Assembly (NCBI GenBank): GCA_965153285.1
Contig: OZ229115.1
Origin: Podarcis tiliguerta
Taxonomy: Eukaryota
Reading direction: 5' to 3' (one strand)
DNA: 64,000 nucleotides
Shown piece by piece: positions 38,401-53,180 of the stretch. A program made the position numbers and the translations under genes. Within the stretch, counting starts at the first letter, position 1. Every line of letters begins with the position of its first letter. The notes beneath the pieces are model-generated. The model did no database searches, was not told the DNA's origin, and worked only from the letters and a program-made list of their open reading frames with translations.

Positions 38401-40679
38401 TCACTTTGAAATACAGATCCTTAGTATCTAAAGACTAAAAGTGTGCAATTTTGGCAACGTTGCCTTGTAATACTTATGGTGGATGCACAAGGGCACAAAA
38501 ATTGGATATATATATATTCTAATAAAATTCAATACATCCAAAGTATTTTGGTACCTCTCGACAACAGCTGATGCAAAAATCAGCTGATGATCAAATAATG
38601 TCGCTAACTGAACAGATGTATTTGCTTTAACCTATGGCGACAGAATAAATGCATCTGTACAAGCAACCAAATTAAACTATACACTATAGAAAGCACAATT
38701 TGGCACAGGTGTTTTGGTTTGGTCAGCATCAGCTATGGACACCTAATATGATGTATCTAAAAATTGTCAAAATAGAAAGCAGGTACAATAAACCCTCAAG
38801 AAAATAGCATGTTCCATGTGTATTGGAGCATATAGTGAAACAGATCCTGCAGATATGGAAGTAGTACATGTTATCCTGTAGGCAACCAATAGCTGACCCA
38901 GGAAAATGAGGAAATAAAGCACCATGGAAAAGTTCAGCATCTTGTACACATAAAAAATGTGATTTAGATCAGTTAAAGAGTCCAGTATTTGACCTTGGAC
39001 CAAGGACAAAATAATTGTTTCAAAAATTAGTGAGCCTCCTCATACCTTATTTGCCCATGTTAGTTTGCATTTGAAATGTGCAGGCAGGCATACCTACAGC
39101 TACATTACAGATTATTTACTTTCAGAGTCTCTCATGGGCTAAGGAGACACACTTTTCAAGATCTGACTGTAGTAGGCAAAAATTGAATCACTTCCGGTCA
39201 TAGAAAGACAGATGAGAACAAAGTCTTGCTTTTTGGTTTGAGAGAAGTCATGGTATGATCACATGGTCTCTGGTACCAGCAACAGCGCCTAAAGCAGAAT
39301 ATAAAAAGCCTTTGTCTTTAGTGCCAGGGAAGGTTTTCCTTTTTGCACAGAGCAAACGCTAGATGAAAAACAACAGTTCTATATTCCAAACAGGCTTTAA
39401 AATGCACCCATTCAAGCTTATCCTGTGATGTATTCATTCTTATAGATAAGCAGAAGGCACAAACAGACTAGCCACCTGCTATGCAGGTCATTACCTAGCC
39501 CAGCATAGGCCTGTCCTTTTTCTGCTTATTGCTCATTAAGACCATTAACTTCTGCTCAGCCAAAGTATAGCCACTAAAGGCACACACAATCATTTCTGTG
39601 TTAATCTTTGCAATACTGTGTTCAGGATGCAATTACAGCTCTCATTACTGGCAAAATATTTTTGTAAGTACCAATGACTGCTAGGCAAATATTGTCTGCC
39701 AAGCTGTTAAATGAGACAGACAATTCTTAACTTTCATGAATGAGTAATCCTACAATTTCCCATTTTACCCAACCTGTTTGATATTGCATTGTTTGTTATC
39801 ACAGCAGCTTAGATTACTCTAGCTTTGCTGATATGCATTAGAACAAAAAGAAATGAACAAGGGCATGGCACTAGGTTACCACGCACTCCTGTTCTAAAGT
39901 GAAAATAAAGCCAGTTGGCCACAGTATCAAATATCTAAAAAGCAAGTCAGACCAGATAGTTTATTAAATGAAAACTTTAAAAAATGAAATCAGCAGGCCT
40001 ATTTGTCTGACAATTCAGTTCTTATCTAGGATAGAAGCATATCCTCTCCCATAGGAAGACACAAGGTACAAGACTAGAGCAATTCACTAGCGGCTAAATT
40101 CTGTTGACTCATTAAGAACATGTGTTCCCACACGAGGGAGCTATGTCATTTGAATGTCTAGAAATGGAGCTCCAGAAGTGGATTTTGAAGGCTACATGTC
40201 TGGGAGTTTGATTATGAATGCTGCCCAGAAAAGGAAGACAGCTCAGCACAGTAATGTTAGATTAGAAAGGTAACAGAAAATTGCCCCACGTAAGTGAAGT
40301 ACTATACAGTAATCTTAACTGTAGTGAATAGTATAAATGCCCAGAAAGTTAGTATTTTAACTGTGCTACTTACTCAGGTGCAATCTTGCAATATGAAAAA
40401 GGGATTTGGGGGTCTAAAATGTTTCCCCACAGCATACTGTATCAGTGATGTTTGTCACTGTTGTCAGGATGGGAGGTGATTTAGTGTTGTTTTTTTAATG
40501 AACTGAATAAGCAGTCAACTGAAGTTAAGAGTCACATTCTGAAATACTACTGTAGTAACAGGCACCAGAGAAGGCAGCCCTGAATTTTCATTGGGATATT
40601 GTACTTCCACTCTCTGGTTGTCGCAACGTTTCCAGTTTGGTCCAGCACCAAGTTGAACCATTCCTCCAACCCCAGAACT

Positions 40680-40723
40680 TTTATTATAGAAGAATTGACA
40701 TAAGAGTAACAAAATGATTTATT
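40680..40723 (-). terminator. Tandem AATAAA polyadenylation signals of PSMA5
   Basis: TTTATT on + at 40718-40723 and 40680-40685, ~180-220 nt after the stop. A further AATAAA lies at 39960-39965. Confidence 0.7.
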
Positions 40724-40901
40724 CTAGTTTCCTCTTACTGAAGATCTTTTATATGTACAGAAACTGTAAAAAATATTTTGAGCCTTTGTTTAAGAGCAGG
40801 CATACTTGCTGCTGAAATAAAGTTACGGGCACTGGAAAAAAACTGAAGAATCAGTTTGCTGTGATCAGGGAATGAGGCATTTGGAGAGGTTCTCTCCCTC
40901 A

Positions 40902-40979
40902 TCAAATATCTTTGATGACATCTTCAAGTTCTTCTTTTGTGTACATGTGGAACTTCTTCCCAGGCTGCACTGTTGCAAG
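40902..40979 (-). CDS. PSMA5: PSMA5 exon 9, coding part (78 nt incl. stop)
   Basis: [25 protein letters not shown] followed by a second TGA. Exon lengths sum to 726 nt = 241 aa + stop. Confidence 0.97.
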   Translation of the reverse strand, partial: LATVQPGKKFHMYTKEELEDVIKDI

Positions 40980-41118
40980 CTGCAAGGACAGGGGGAAAAG
41001 GTTACATATGCTTATGTACATTAAGAAGACATAGCACAAGACACAGCAGACAGATCACTGAACTCTTTTGGCTCATGGACTGTTCCAATCGAACACGTAC
41101 CAGATTGCTGAACAGCTA

Positions 41119-41564
41119 CCCTGTTTTCCCGAAAGTAAGACACCCCCCCCCCCCCAAATAAGACCTCCTTCCAGTTTTGCCTCTCACTGTAATATAAGGC
41201 TTCCCCCGAACATAAGGCTTCCCCCGAACATAAGGCCTCCCCCGAACATAAGGCCCCCAAAGCTACCGTAAGGCGTCTGACTCCTCTGGACTGTAGCGGC
41301 GGGCTCTGCCGCGCAGCTCCCTGATTGGCCGCAGCGCAGCCGGAGCTGTTCAGGCAGTGCAAGGTCTCTTTAAATCAGAGAGCCCGTGCCGCCACCTACT
41401 GCTCGCTCTGCCCTGACGGAGTCTGGCTGACTCACAATTAGACAATAAATGTGTACTGTATTTTTCTTCATGGAAAAATAGGACATCCCCTGAAAATAAG
41501 ACCTAGCGCATCTTTGGGAGCAAAACTTAATATAAGATACTATCTTATTTTCAGGGAGACAGGG
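41119..41564. mobile_element. Tc1/mariner-type non-autonomous element with an internal 18-bp tandem repeat
   Basis: TA|ccctgttttcccgaaagtaaga ... tcttattttcagggagacaggg|TA; (ataaggcttcccccgaac) x ~3.5 at 41194-41258. Confidence 0.75.
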
Positions 41565-41681
41565 TATGTGAAACTTCTAATGTACTTTATTTCTCTGTAG
41601 CAGAGGCAAAACCAAGAAGCCTCTACTGAACATGCTTGGATTCAGCGGCTCCTTTATCAAAATGAGCATGATGGCTCTTAT

Positions 41682-41807
41682 CAGGGCTTTTTTTTAGCTG
41701 GAACTTGCCAGAACTGAGTTCCAGCACCTCTCAGGTGCCATTCTAAGAGAGTATGGGAGGCGTTCATGGTGAGTTCTGGCACCTCTTTTTCTAGAAAAAT
41801 AGTACTG
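41682..41807. mobile_element. hAT MITE
   Basis: cagggctttttt ... aaaaatagtactg; 8-bp TSD gctcttat/gcttttat. Confidence 0.75.
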
Positions 41808-42037
41808 GCTTTTATTGTGCAAAGCACTTGAATCCAGTGTTTGTAATTCCACCCCTTAAAAAGGGGGTGGGAAGAGTCATATGAACTGAATTTCCATGCT
41901 ACTGGGCATTTCCAGGGACCATCATCCCCATTGTAAAGGAGATGGTAGTAATCTCCAGCACACAAAGGCGGTGCAGACCCTTCAAAATGTATGAACTGAA
42001 GCACAGTCAAGAGATGGCTCAAGGAGCTTGGCTCTTT

Positions 42038-42121
42038 ATATATATATATATATATATGCAAACAAATATATATGCATATATATATATATATATAATATGC
42101 ATATATATATATGCAAACAAA
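42038..42121. repeat. Compound (TA)n microsatellite with TGCA/TGCAAACAAA interruptions
   Basis: Directly visible. Confidence 0.9.
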
Positions 42122-42224
42122 TCAGGTAGGCTCTTAGTATGGTTATAACCCTCTAACAACCCTTCTTGAGGGCAGGTGATAGTGGTGCAACTCCAAAAAC
42201 ATCTGGATGAAACCAATATTATTA

Positions 42225-42530
42225 ATTGGCTTGAAGCCCAGCTTTGGAACAGAAACTGCCTTGATCACTCTGGTACATGACCTATGCTGAAAAACAGAGA
42301 CTGTGAGTGTGACCCTGCTGAAACTCCTAGACAATCAGCAATTTTCAACACTATCAACTATGATATCCTTCTCAGTCACTTGAACAAGCTGTGAGTTGAA
42401 AGAATGATTTTGTGGTGGTTTTGCTCCTAGTTGGTCAGAATATTCCAGAATATGGTAGTGATAGCCTCTTAATCATGATATAGAGTCCTTCAGGGCCCAA
42501 TTCTGTTCACGAGCATTTAATTTTTTAAAG
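42225..42530 (+). mobile_element. L2/CR1-clade reverse-transcriptase fragment
   Basis: GLKPSFGTETALITLVHDL ... VTLLKLLD, then a degraded F-x-TI-x-x-x-ILL and VLQG motif. Confidence 0.6.
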
Positions 42531-42609
42531 AAAACTGCTGGGTGATGTCCAGGAGGTGACACTCAACTCTATTTCTCTTCTTCAGTGAAGGCAGGTTAGA
42601 ATGTGAATG

Positions 42610-42790
42610 TAAAAAGCTGCCTTATTACCGACTCAGAACATTGGTCCATCTAACTCAGTATCGTCTCTGCTGACTGGCAGCAGCCCTCCAGGGTTTCAGC
42701 TAGGAAACATTTCCAGCCCTACCTGGCAATTTCAGGATCAAGCTGGGGATTTTCTGCATACAAAGCAGATGCTCTACCACTGAGCTATTC
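42610..42790 (-). mobile_element. Squam3-like tRNA-derived SINE
   Basis: Minus strand begins tagctcagtggtagagcatctgctttg (tRNA-like A box) and ends with a CR1-like tail (..atggaccaatg..aaggcagct). Confidence 0.75.
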
Positions 42791-44058
42791 TCCTTCTAGT
42801 CCACAGAACTACTTTTAAAAATACAGAAGTCTCCCCGCCTCCACTCCATGTTAGATGTGATCAGAAGCACATTCTTTAAAGCATTTCGTGCTTTTTAATT
42901 GCAGGGGCAGACTACGAAAGGGGGACACCAGAGATTTAAAGAGAAGTGCAAAGTGTAGCTAAACAACTTTTTCTCCCCCTCTCAAGATACTAGACACTTA
43001 GGACCCAGATCACGCGTTACTCACATAAAGGGGCAAAGTGTGTAAAAAGGTACTGTACCTTTAAGCCCACCCCCTGTTGTTGCATAGCTTCCCCCCTCCC
43101 CGCCACAGCCCTGCTTCCACCATCCACACCTTAGCATGGGCATCTAAAAGGGAAGCACTCACACATAGCTCTCTATGCATAGAGGCTTCCCTGAATCTTG
43201 CAACTCGTAATAATGTACATTGCTTCTGAGCCCGGGTTTTCCCTCAGTGCACACAAAACTTGCTCCCTGAACTTGTATTGAAAACTCACACTAGAGATTT
43301 AACATTGCTTCAGATCTTATTACAGAAAGACCTTGGAAGTCACACAATTTTCATTCCATCTAAAACTTGAGTGCCAAGAAAGCACTGCTGAGCAAAGGAA
43401 ACTTCCTTCTTAAAGAAAGTGCATGATGGCAAACAGGCATGTTCCCTAGATAGTATAAAACATTTTCTAGAAGTCCTCACCACAGAAGATTTTAACTAGC
43501 TGCCTTAGGTCCCTTCAAGGGAAAAAGCAGGGTATTAAAATATAGAACAACAACACTCTGAGTTCTGTTTTCACTTTCAAAAAACCTGCCAGGAAATTAA
43601 TTTCCAGAATCCCACAACAGTTTAATCAGGGCATTCATTCCCACAGCAATGGTCTCTAGCTTCTATAAAATTCAGTTATAGAAATTGAGAGAAGCACCAA
43701 GGTAGTGACCAATTCTAAAGAGCCTCTCAAAAGGCACCAAGATGATAAGAAGTTTGGGCTGCTATTATTTGGGCAAGAGGATGCAAGAACTCTCACTTCA
43801 TGGCTAAAGAGTGTCAGAACTATCAAAGCTGCAGTTATAAGTATGAGATCTTTAAAGATGCATCTCAAAGGCATCTGTTTGGGTAGTGTGAGAACAGGAT
43901 GCTGGACTAGACAAGCCACTGGCCTGATCCAGCAGGCTCTTCTTATGTTCTTATGCAAAGACATGAATCCCCTATGAAGAAGCAGCTATTAGCTAAGGGA
44001 CATAATGCCTTGTAGTTTCCATACTGTAGATACAGGTGGAAAATGCTCACCTTTATCA

Positions 44059-44220
<162 letters not shown>

Positions 44221-44683
44221 CTATACCAAGATTGTCTCCATATAGCAAACAATCTGCTTGTTTTAGCAAAAGCTAAAAGAGGTTTGTAATGGCACACAAG
44301 AATTTTCCTGTTCTTTTTGGTATGACATTGTATATGAATGCCTGGATAGAATAACTGCTCTACAGAGTGGTTTAGAATGAAGAGCTGGTATGGAATTAGC
44401 TATTAATCCTTTGTTAGAGAAGTATTAATAGAAATCTTTGTCCATACTTGCCCACAACTTACTACTGTAAGAATAACTTTATAACTGAGAAATGCAGTGT
44501 TCCATTTACATCAGGAGGCACCAGCTGCTTTACTACACCTTCATAACAGAAAGATTAGGGACCACGTGTCAATTGCAGAACTGTCATTCTTGTCTCTTTT
44601 ACCTCTGTTCTTCCACCAGGGAACTGCAGTAAAGAGTGTTTTATGGGACAAAAAAAATCAAGATCTGCTTTTTTCAAATCTCA

Positions 44684-44881
<198 letters not shown>

Positions 44882-45463
44882 TCAAGGATTAAGAGGTGTC
44901 TATAAACTTGACCTATTGTGATTCAGCAGCACCTAGAGACTTGAGCATTCTTTCCCCCCACATGGCCAAGGAGGAGGGGTGAAAAAAGGGTTTAATTTAC
45001 CAATTTCTGGCTTGTTATGCATGAAGTAGGAATTGTGGCTTGAAAAAAAGTAGTCAACGGCAACACAAACCATAGTCAAACCATGGTTTATGAAGCAGGC
45101 TTGCTTAATAAACTACAGGAATTTATTTTAAAACAAGCTTCCTAATTTGAACATTAAAAGCTATTAGGAAAAATGGTATTTAATTCTGTGTTTTTTCTCC
45201 TCTCGGCCATACAGGAGGAGGAGAGGGGAATCCTCAAGCCCAAGGTTTTGCTCAGACTTACAGAAGCACATAGTTTAGAGTTACATGCAAACCAGTCATG
45301 GGTATGCATGGCAGCCAAAGTGTTAAAATCTCGATAGTTGGATTATTTTGATCTATAGAGCATTGTGTGGTGTTCTGCACAGAAACTGGCCTTTCCTGGC
45401 TCTCCTCCAGCAATTGATCCTGCTCCAAACAGCTAGTCCCAGAACCCTCCAAAAGAGCATATA

Positions 45464-45656
45464 CAGTGGTACCTCGGGTTAAGAACTTTATTCGTTCTGG
45501 AGGTCCGTTCTTAACCTGAAACGCCACTTTAGCTAATGGGCCTCCTGCTGCCGCTGCACAATTTCTGTTCTCATCCTGAAGCAAAGTTCTTAACCCGAGG
45601 TAGTATTTTTGGGTTAGCAGAGTCTGTAACCTGAAGCGTATGCAACCTGAGGTACC
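45464..45656. mobile_element. Tc1/mariner MITE, family A (right TIR clipped)
   Basis: Colinear with 11846-12071; starts TA|CAGTGGTACCTC. Confidence 0.85.
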
Positions 45657-47426
45657 GTGCGAATGGCATATTCTGGTTCAGGGCCATGTTATTCTTTAAG
45701 GAGCTACAAAGACCAACTATTTACTTAAGTAATAAACCACAAACTAAATTAAGAGTATGAGCTTTCACAGGACTGGAGTTTGATTCATTAGATGTTAAAA
45801 GGTCATTGCCTGTTTAAGGAATTGCCTGAAGGATTTCTATGTATGTTCCCAAATAAGTTACATTAAATGATGGACAGAACATTAAATGGCAGAACAAGAA
45901 ATGATAGAGCAGTTATGTGGACCAAAATTTTCAAAGAGGCTATGGAGTCTCTCACGTTATACACCTCAATGGGAGAAAGAAGATGAATATTCCATGGAGG
46001 TGACTTCAAACTCCAGACAACTGTACTTATATTCCTGCAATAATTCAATCTGTTATAGCATTAGACAGAACAGACTGCACTTTAAACCACTCATGGTCTT
46101 TAAATAGTTGCTTTTAAAAAAACAAAAACAAATGGCAAAGAACTGGCATAAAAATAATGTTAACAATGGGGAATGAGGCAATGGGTGGGAAAGGGAAGAG
46201 AAGAGTACAAAAAACTCAAGTCTTAGTCAGAATCAAATGTGCAACCATTCTGAGAATGTATTTAAGGTATTACTTGCAATTTTAATAGATTATCAAGAGA
46301 CAAACTGACTGATACAGTAAAATACAGTACAGAAGGTATTGGGGTGTCTGCTTGAGATGACTACTGAAAGATAATCAGACAATTATTATTTTGCAGATTT
46401 ATTCTGATTTCAGGTTAATGCTAGCAGTATTTGCGAATGTTTTGAATATGCAAATGCTCTTGAATGCATGTTCCATATATTTAATTAAGAAAAATGTTTC
46501 AATAAACATTTTTTTGCAATTTTAGATTGCAACTCGCTTATCTTTTAGTGCACGTAATCCTTTGTTTTAATCACACTCTCAACCCTTGTTCATACTGCTC
46601 TCTCTCCTACAAAACTGAGGAAGGCTTGCTGCTTTAAAAAGAGCTTGCAGCTTTGAAGTATACAGTTTCTGGTTACAAATGCTCTCCCAACCCCACCTAA
46701 GGAATGTCATAGCAGACTACAGATATTATATTACCAATAGCTCTGCTAGTCCTTTAGAAAAGATTATTTGCATACTCCCCTATTCACTCTGAATGTTTAC
46801 ATGTTCAAACATTCGGGATTTATGCAAGTGTCACATTCTGTGTAACAATGTGCCACTTAGGCAACTCTGAGAACAGGAAAGGAGTAGACTTCCCTTGCAC
46901 CCCGATCTTATAGATAAGGCATAACTACAATGGCATATGGTAGCCCGAGCCAACATTTGACTGTGACAAAATTCATCACATTATCCTGCCTGTCCATCAC
47001 AATTGCACCATAAGGAGTTACTGAACTGCATCAGACATATTTAGGTTGCACTATTGTAGCTGGTTTGCACCGACGGAAAAAATATATTTAAAGCAGCTTA
47101 CAGGGTAATAGTCTCCAACCCTGCATCAATAATATTGCCATTTATCGTTTCTATTCTGCCTAATAGCTTTTCACCGCTATTCAAACTTTAGTGATTATGA
47201 CAGATGCTAGCATAATATGGCTAGGATGCTGCTGCAATATTCTGAATCATCTTGCATTATCAATCCAATGTATTGCCACTTATTTACTGATACGGTATCT
47301 CACAAGGTGGCAGATACCCCCCTTTTTCAGAAGGGTACCCCATTTCCTACCAATTGCACAACAGGTAGACACGCTGCACTTGAACATACAAAGAAAACAG
47401 AGTGAAAGAAGTAACGGGCAACTTAC

Positions 47427-47485
47427 AGCTGTGGTCCCTTTTCATCAACTCCTCCAAAGAGTAGTGCCACGCCAAATGGCCTTGA
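47427..47485 (-). CDS. PSMA5: PSMA5 exon 6 (59 nt)
   Basis: [19 protein letters not shown](L); CAG acceptor, GTAAG donor; preceded by a 107-nt intron. Confidence 0.97.
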
Positions 47486-47499
47486 CTGGAACATAATCA

Positions 47500-47700
<201 letters not shown>

Positions 47701-48891
47701 CTAAGACAAAAGAGCAGGTTGAACTCTGTAACATGAGAGTTTTTCCTTCACACACACACACAGAGCAAATTTACAACAAATCAAATAAAGGATCTTACTG
47801 TTACAATGAGCAATGGTCAATTTCTTCTGCTTGGAGAGCTAGCAAGTCATTGGCCCCACTCTATGGAAGCAGCTTGGCTAAGAAGGGCTCAGCATGCTGC
47901 CCCCCAGAAACTAAAATCCTAAAATGGTCCATAACCCCAATCCTGAGAAGACACTTCAGGATGCTGGGGCATCTTCTCTCATTATGCACTAGAGTCCTAA
48001 AATACTGGCTTTTGTTCTCGGCAGCACTGTTCCCCAAGTAACAATAATGTGTATCTCCGAACAGAACAAAGTGAGAGTGTGCTTACCAGGGAAGAATTAC
48101 ACAAACGTTTCACATGCCAATTTCATTGTGGTGCCACTAGGGAGTCACAAGGAATTGGGGAAAGAATTAATGTGATTCATGGGCCACCAGCTGGTTACTC
48201 CTCTTAGAACACCTATGTATAATATAGCCCAACTATCTGACGAAGGTGAGATACTGTACACCAACTCTACAAATTCTATGATTCTAAGATTTACAACACA
48301 TACTTTCTTAGGATGCTTTTAAATGTCTCTCTAGCCACTGGGGCTGTTTTTCATAAACAGTTCCTATACAGGTTGGGAGATTATAAAGATCCAACCACAG
48401 CATCCTCTGGTTGGACCATTTAAACATCATCCCAGCCACAGAGAAGCCACTCATAGAGTGGTGACTCCTATGCAGTTAGGGGAATTAAGGCCCCTCAATC
48501 TTTCTTAACTACCTAGAAAGGATTTATACCACCACCTGAGCAAAATGATGGAGCTCATTGGCTAGAACAAAGAGGGCAAGAATAGTGTTGGATTGTTTCA
48601 GAGTGTATGTATTTTCTACATATTAAATAAGGCTCTTCCAAAAACACAATGATAGGTTACCCTGTTACATCTTAGACTCTTTTAATATTCAGGGTAAACA
48701 GGAAATAATATATTGATAAAGGAAGAACAAGAAAACCCTATGCTAACCTTTCAAAGTTAACCTTCAATTTTGTTTATTCCTTAGATAAAGACAGAGATTA
48801 AAGTTGCTCTATATTCAACTCTATCACCATGTTCTGCTAATAAATGACTGACATTAACAAAAGGAGGAGGAGAGAAATGCAACACGGATCA

Positions 48892-48999
<108 letters not shown>

Positions 49000-49631
49000 T
49001 CAGCTTTGGATCCAATTTGCAAGAAGTAAAAAAAAAGTTTCAATTTCCCAAAAAACATAAAATCCCTATGAAGTCCGTAGTTTAACTATACACCATGTGA
49101 AGAAGTACTTTCTTTTGTCTGTCCTGAATAAAGACGCTTTGTCAACTCCCATTTTCAATGAAAAATTGTTGGCTTTTTTCATGCTTTGAAATCTGACCAA
49201 AAGGTCAAAGCCCCTGGATAGGTACTGCATATTTTTCTGGTTTAACTGGCAAATGCAAAGATTTAAGATGGCAAGCCAAACTATATGTGGAATCCTTCGG
49301 CTTTCTGACAAAGTGGCATTTAATTTTATTTTAAAACCTCATTAGCTTCTCAGATACACAAAGCAGACCCATGTCCATGAGAAGTTAAATGCTCACAAAT
49401 ATAGATAGTACAGAGTAGTGTGTTAGTCACTTTAATGCAGTGTTCGAAACTCCTATTGTTCTAGGAGCATTTTGCAACAGGGAATTGCATACGTGTGAGC
49501 AGTTTCTGAGTTCTGGGCGCAATTTTGTGCCTAAGATTTCAGATTAAAACTGCAGAGTGGAAGGAAAGAACCTTTTTCTGCCTCCCCACTTCCAGCTACT
49601 CTCTGCAGACTAGAGAAGAGACCCTCTTAAG

Positions 49632-49755
49632 CAGTGCTTTTTTCTAAAAACATGTTTAGGAGTACTCTCATTTTGACTCAAGAAAATCACCATTTTATAG
49701 TTCAAATCGGGAAAAATAAATACAGTACATGCGTACCCCCCAGAAAAAAGCACTG
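49632..49755. mobile_element. hAT MITE
   Basis: TIR CAGTGCTTTTTT/AAAAAAGCACTG; perfect 8-bp TSD CTCTTAAG. Confidence 0.88.
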
Positions 49756-50504
49756 CTCTTAAGAATGCTAGGGGCGATGGGCAGGGGGAGGACTAAATGA
49801 ACATAATATTTTAGCTTCAGTTCATTCATTTTCAGCTTTGTATTCTCGCTATTTAAAAAGTGTGCCTAGACATTCCATAGTTGTGCCCATAACTATGGGC
49901 ACATTTATCGCCTAGCTTTCATACCTCAGTTTCTAACACTGCCTTCATGTGACACTAGAAATATGAAAATACCAGTGTTACATCTTCAGAGTTGATTAAA
50001 AACACAAACAATTGTCTGTGAACAGTAAAAAAGTTAATAGCGTACTAGGGAAAAATCCATACTGAAGAGATATTAATATTAAGCACAAGGAAAGGGAGGT
50101 ATAAAAATGTAATGTATTTAATAATACACCCTAGTTTTCTACTGTGGTGTGTGCGTGCCTATGCAAGAAACTGTCTTGAGTAGAGGACAGGCTAACATTA
50201 GTGATCCAATCAGTGAGCTTCCAGCACAGAAGCTGGCTCAGGATCAAGCGTTTACATTGCAATTCCCTGCCCTCCAAGTTCTAATTTTGGGGACACACTT
50301 TCACTAGTGAGGTCAACCAGAAGCAAGTTACAGCTGCTGCTTCCTACTTCTGCAACTATGTCCTGCTGGCCTGGAGCCTGGAAAACCAGTGACCGCCACC
50401 ATTAAATATTAATTCCCCACCAAATAAAGTCTGCACATAACTTTGTAGTGTGCATTACAGGATAATTTCTCACTAAGAGACCTGCAGAGGAAGGGTTTTA
50501 TTCA

Positions 50505-50756
<252 letters not shown>

Positions 50757-50874
50757 TTAGTATATCTGATCTATATACTTAAGAGATGCACATCTTAATG
50801 TACATAATTGGTGATAATCAGATTCAGAATATCAGAAAAAAATATAATCATGTTTTACCTACATATGTATTATT

Positions 50875-51475
50875 ATTCAATTTATTATCTTCCCTTCACC
50901 ATAAGGTTCCAGGGCGGGTTACAATAATATAAAATGAAGCATTTAAAATACTTAAATTACAAGCACAACTAGAGGGGGTCCTAAAACATATACAGTGGTA
51001 CCTCGGGTTACAGACGCTTCAGGTTACAGACTCTGCTAACCCAGAAATAGTACCTCGGGTTAAGAACTTTGCTTCAGGACGAGAACAGAAATCACGCCGC
51101 AGCAGCGGGAGGCCCCATTAGCTAAAGCGGTGTCTCAAGTTAAGAACAGTTTTAAGTTAAGAACGGACCTCTGGAATGAATTACGTTCTTACCCTGAGGT
51201 ACCACTGTATCTCAAGTGTCAAAGACCAGGGTAAAAGGGTATCTCTCCAGCACACAATTGAAAATAAATGGTTAAGGTGCCTGGTGCACCTCTATGGAGA
51301 GGGAATTCCACAACTTAAGAGACTGAAGCAAAGAATGTCCTCTCCCAGATCCCTCCCTCTAACTTCTGAAAATGGTGGAACAAACAAGAGCGCCCCCTCC
51401 ACGGATAACCACACCTAAGACAATCTGTGGGGAAGGAGGCGGTCTTTCAGGTATTTGGGGCCCAAATCATCTAGA
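50875..51475 (-). mobile_element. L2 LINE 3' fragment, host of the MITE at 50993
   Basis: cagggcgggttacaa tail and ggagagggaattccacaac / aggcggtctttcaggtatttggggccc motifs. Confidence 0.55.
50993..51207. mobile_element. Tc1/mariner MITE, family A, inverted relative to the other two copies; nested in an L2 fragment
   Basis: TA|CAGTGGTACCTC ... GAGGTACCACTG|TA; internal sequence is the reverse complement of the 45464 copy. Confidence 0.85.
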
Positions 51476-52994
51476 GGAGCTTTTTCCCCTTTGATAAAGA
51501 TTTTTTATTTCATTTATACAAAACAAATAAATAAAACAGGGAACAATTATAACAACTCTATAGTAGGCACAAAGAGTAAGTACAGCTGAACATGGGTTAA
51601 ATTACGAAATCAAAGTATGAAAAAAGTGAGAATAAATGTATCTTAACACAAAGAAAGAACATGGGCATTGTTGTGAACTGGTCTTTAGCTTACTATAAAA
51701 AAATTATAATTACGCAAAGCAATGCTAATATTTTATACAAATACAGTGGCTTATCTAAGATAAGCTTTCTACTGATATTACAAGTTAAATTTTCTCTGTC
51801 TGAACTGCAAAATAGCACAGTTAGAAGCACTCAGGGATTATTGATAATGCAGTGAGCAGAAATGAACTGGGAACAGTGTTTGAAGACATGTGGATTGCAA
51901 ATGCTAAGACTTGCTCTGGCCACAGGGAGTCCCTGCTGGACTCTTAAAGCCACTAATTGTCATTACCATAATCTTTTAATGCTTCTCTTCTTAATGATGG
52001 AAGCATATTTAAGAGTAAATGTGGGATACTTAATGATGAATGTACAACTGTTGTGTCCTGATTCTAATAAGCCTGCACAAATATATTGTACTGTTTCCAA
52101 GGCCCAGTACAGCCCATCACTGCAAGGACTAGTGGATCCAGAATAGCTAGTTACATTAAGTAAGTCTGATTGTCTTTGTTCTTAGAAGGGACAATAATTA
52201 CTGATTTCTTAAAATTTAGTTGCATGCAGAGCATGAAAGAAAGAAGTGTACTGTACACAGAACACTTCTCATCTAAGGTATACAGACATCAACTTTATTG
52301 CTTGACTTAATAGTGTAATCCTATTCAGGTCTCCTTGGAAGTAAGTTCCACTCAGTTAAATGAGACCTGCTCCCTTCTAGGTATGTATGTATAGGATTGT
52401 AGTCTTAATGACTTTAACATTTTAAAGAAACTCTAATTTTAGGCAGATTAATACAATTGAATAACACCAGGTTAGGCACAACAACAAAACCAAAGCAAGC
52501 ACAGCTGCTCACAGTCTGTTCCATCTAAACTTCTGTGATCTGAACAAGCAGCACAAGCTTTGGATAAAGTTGCTCAAATTGTACACCTCACTCTGAAGCT
52601 ACGGCTTTGAGAGTCCCCATTTCAACCCATCCAGACTTTGTTGATGACTTGTGGAAGTCATAATGATGATGATGATAATTTATTATTTATATCCCGCCCA
52701 TCTAGTAGTTGGTAGTTCACCACACTTCAATCAGTATGATTTATCAGAAGAGTATGTGGGAACCCCAGCAGAGTCTTCAGCAGAACAGCTTCTTCCAGAG
52801 TCCCTGATTATGGGAAAAACTCCTCTCTCACACAGTTCAAAGCAGTTTTAGAAACTGGCCAGATGCCAGGCACATTTTGCAACTGGTGCGGGTCCAAGTG
52901 CAACCATGTGGAGATCTCTGGATGCCAGGTTGGCAACTGACATCTTCAGCTGACTAGCCTCTCCAGCTTTCTTAAGCAGGTAAGCAGAAGAGCT

Positions 52995-53180
52995 TATTTA
53001 TTACATTTATATCCCAAGGACTACATGATTTACACACACCCCGCAGTCAATCCCTACAATCACCCTGTGAGGTAGGTTAAGAGGCTGTGCCTGGCCCAAG
53101 GTAACCCAGTGGGCTTCATGACCGACTGGGGATATGAACCCTGATTTCCCAAATCCTAGTCCAACACTCTAAACCACTTC
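52995..53180 (-). mobile_element. MIR/Squam2-like SINE, degraded
   Basis: Core motifs caaccctgtgaggtagg-like and tggcccaaggtaacccag, with a gaaccc B-box remnant. Confidence 0.6.

Noticed and set aside
41194-41258. Regularly spaced short repeats (CRISPR-like at a glance)
   Set aside because: Head-to-tail 18-bp units without unique spacers, inside a eukaryotic transposon.
42740-42790. tRNA-like sequence (also the heads at 28398 and 57112)
   Set aside because: These are SINE heads contiguous with SINE bodies; no complete cloverleaf.
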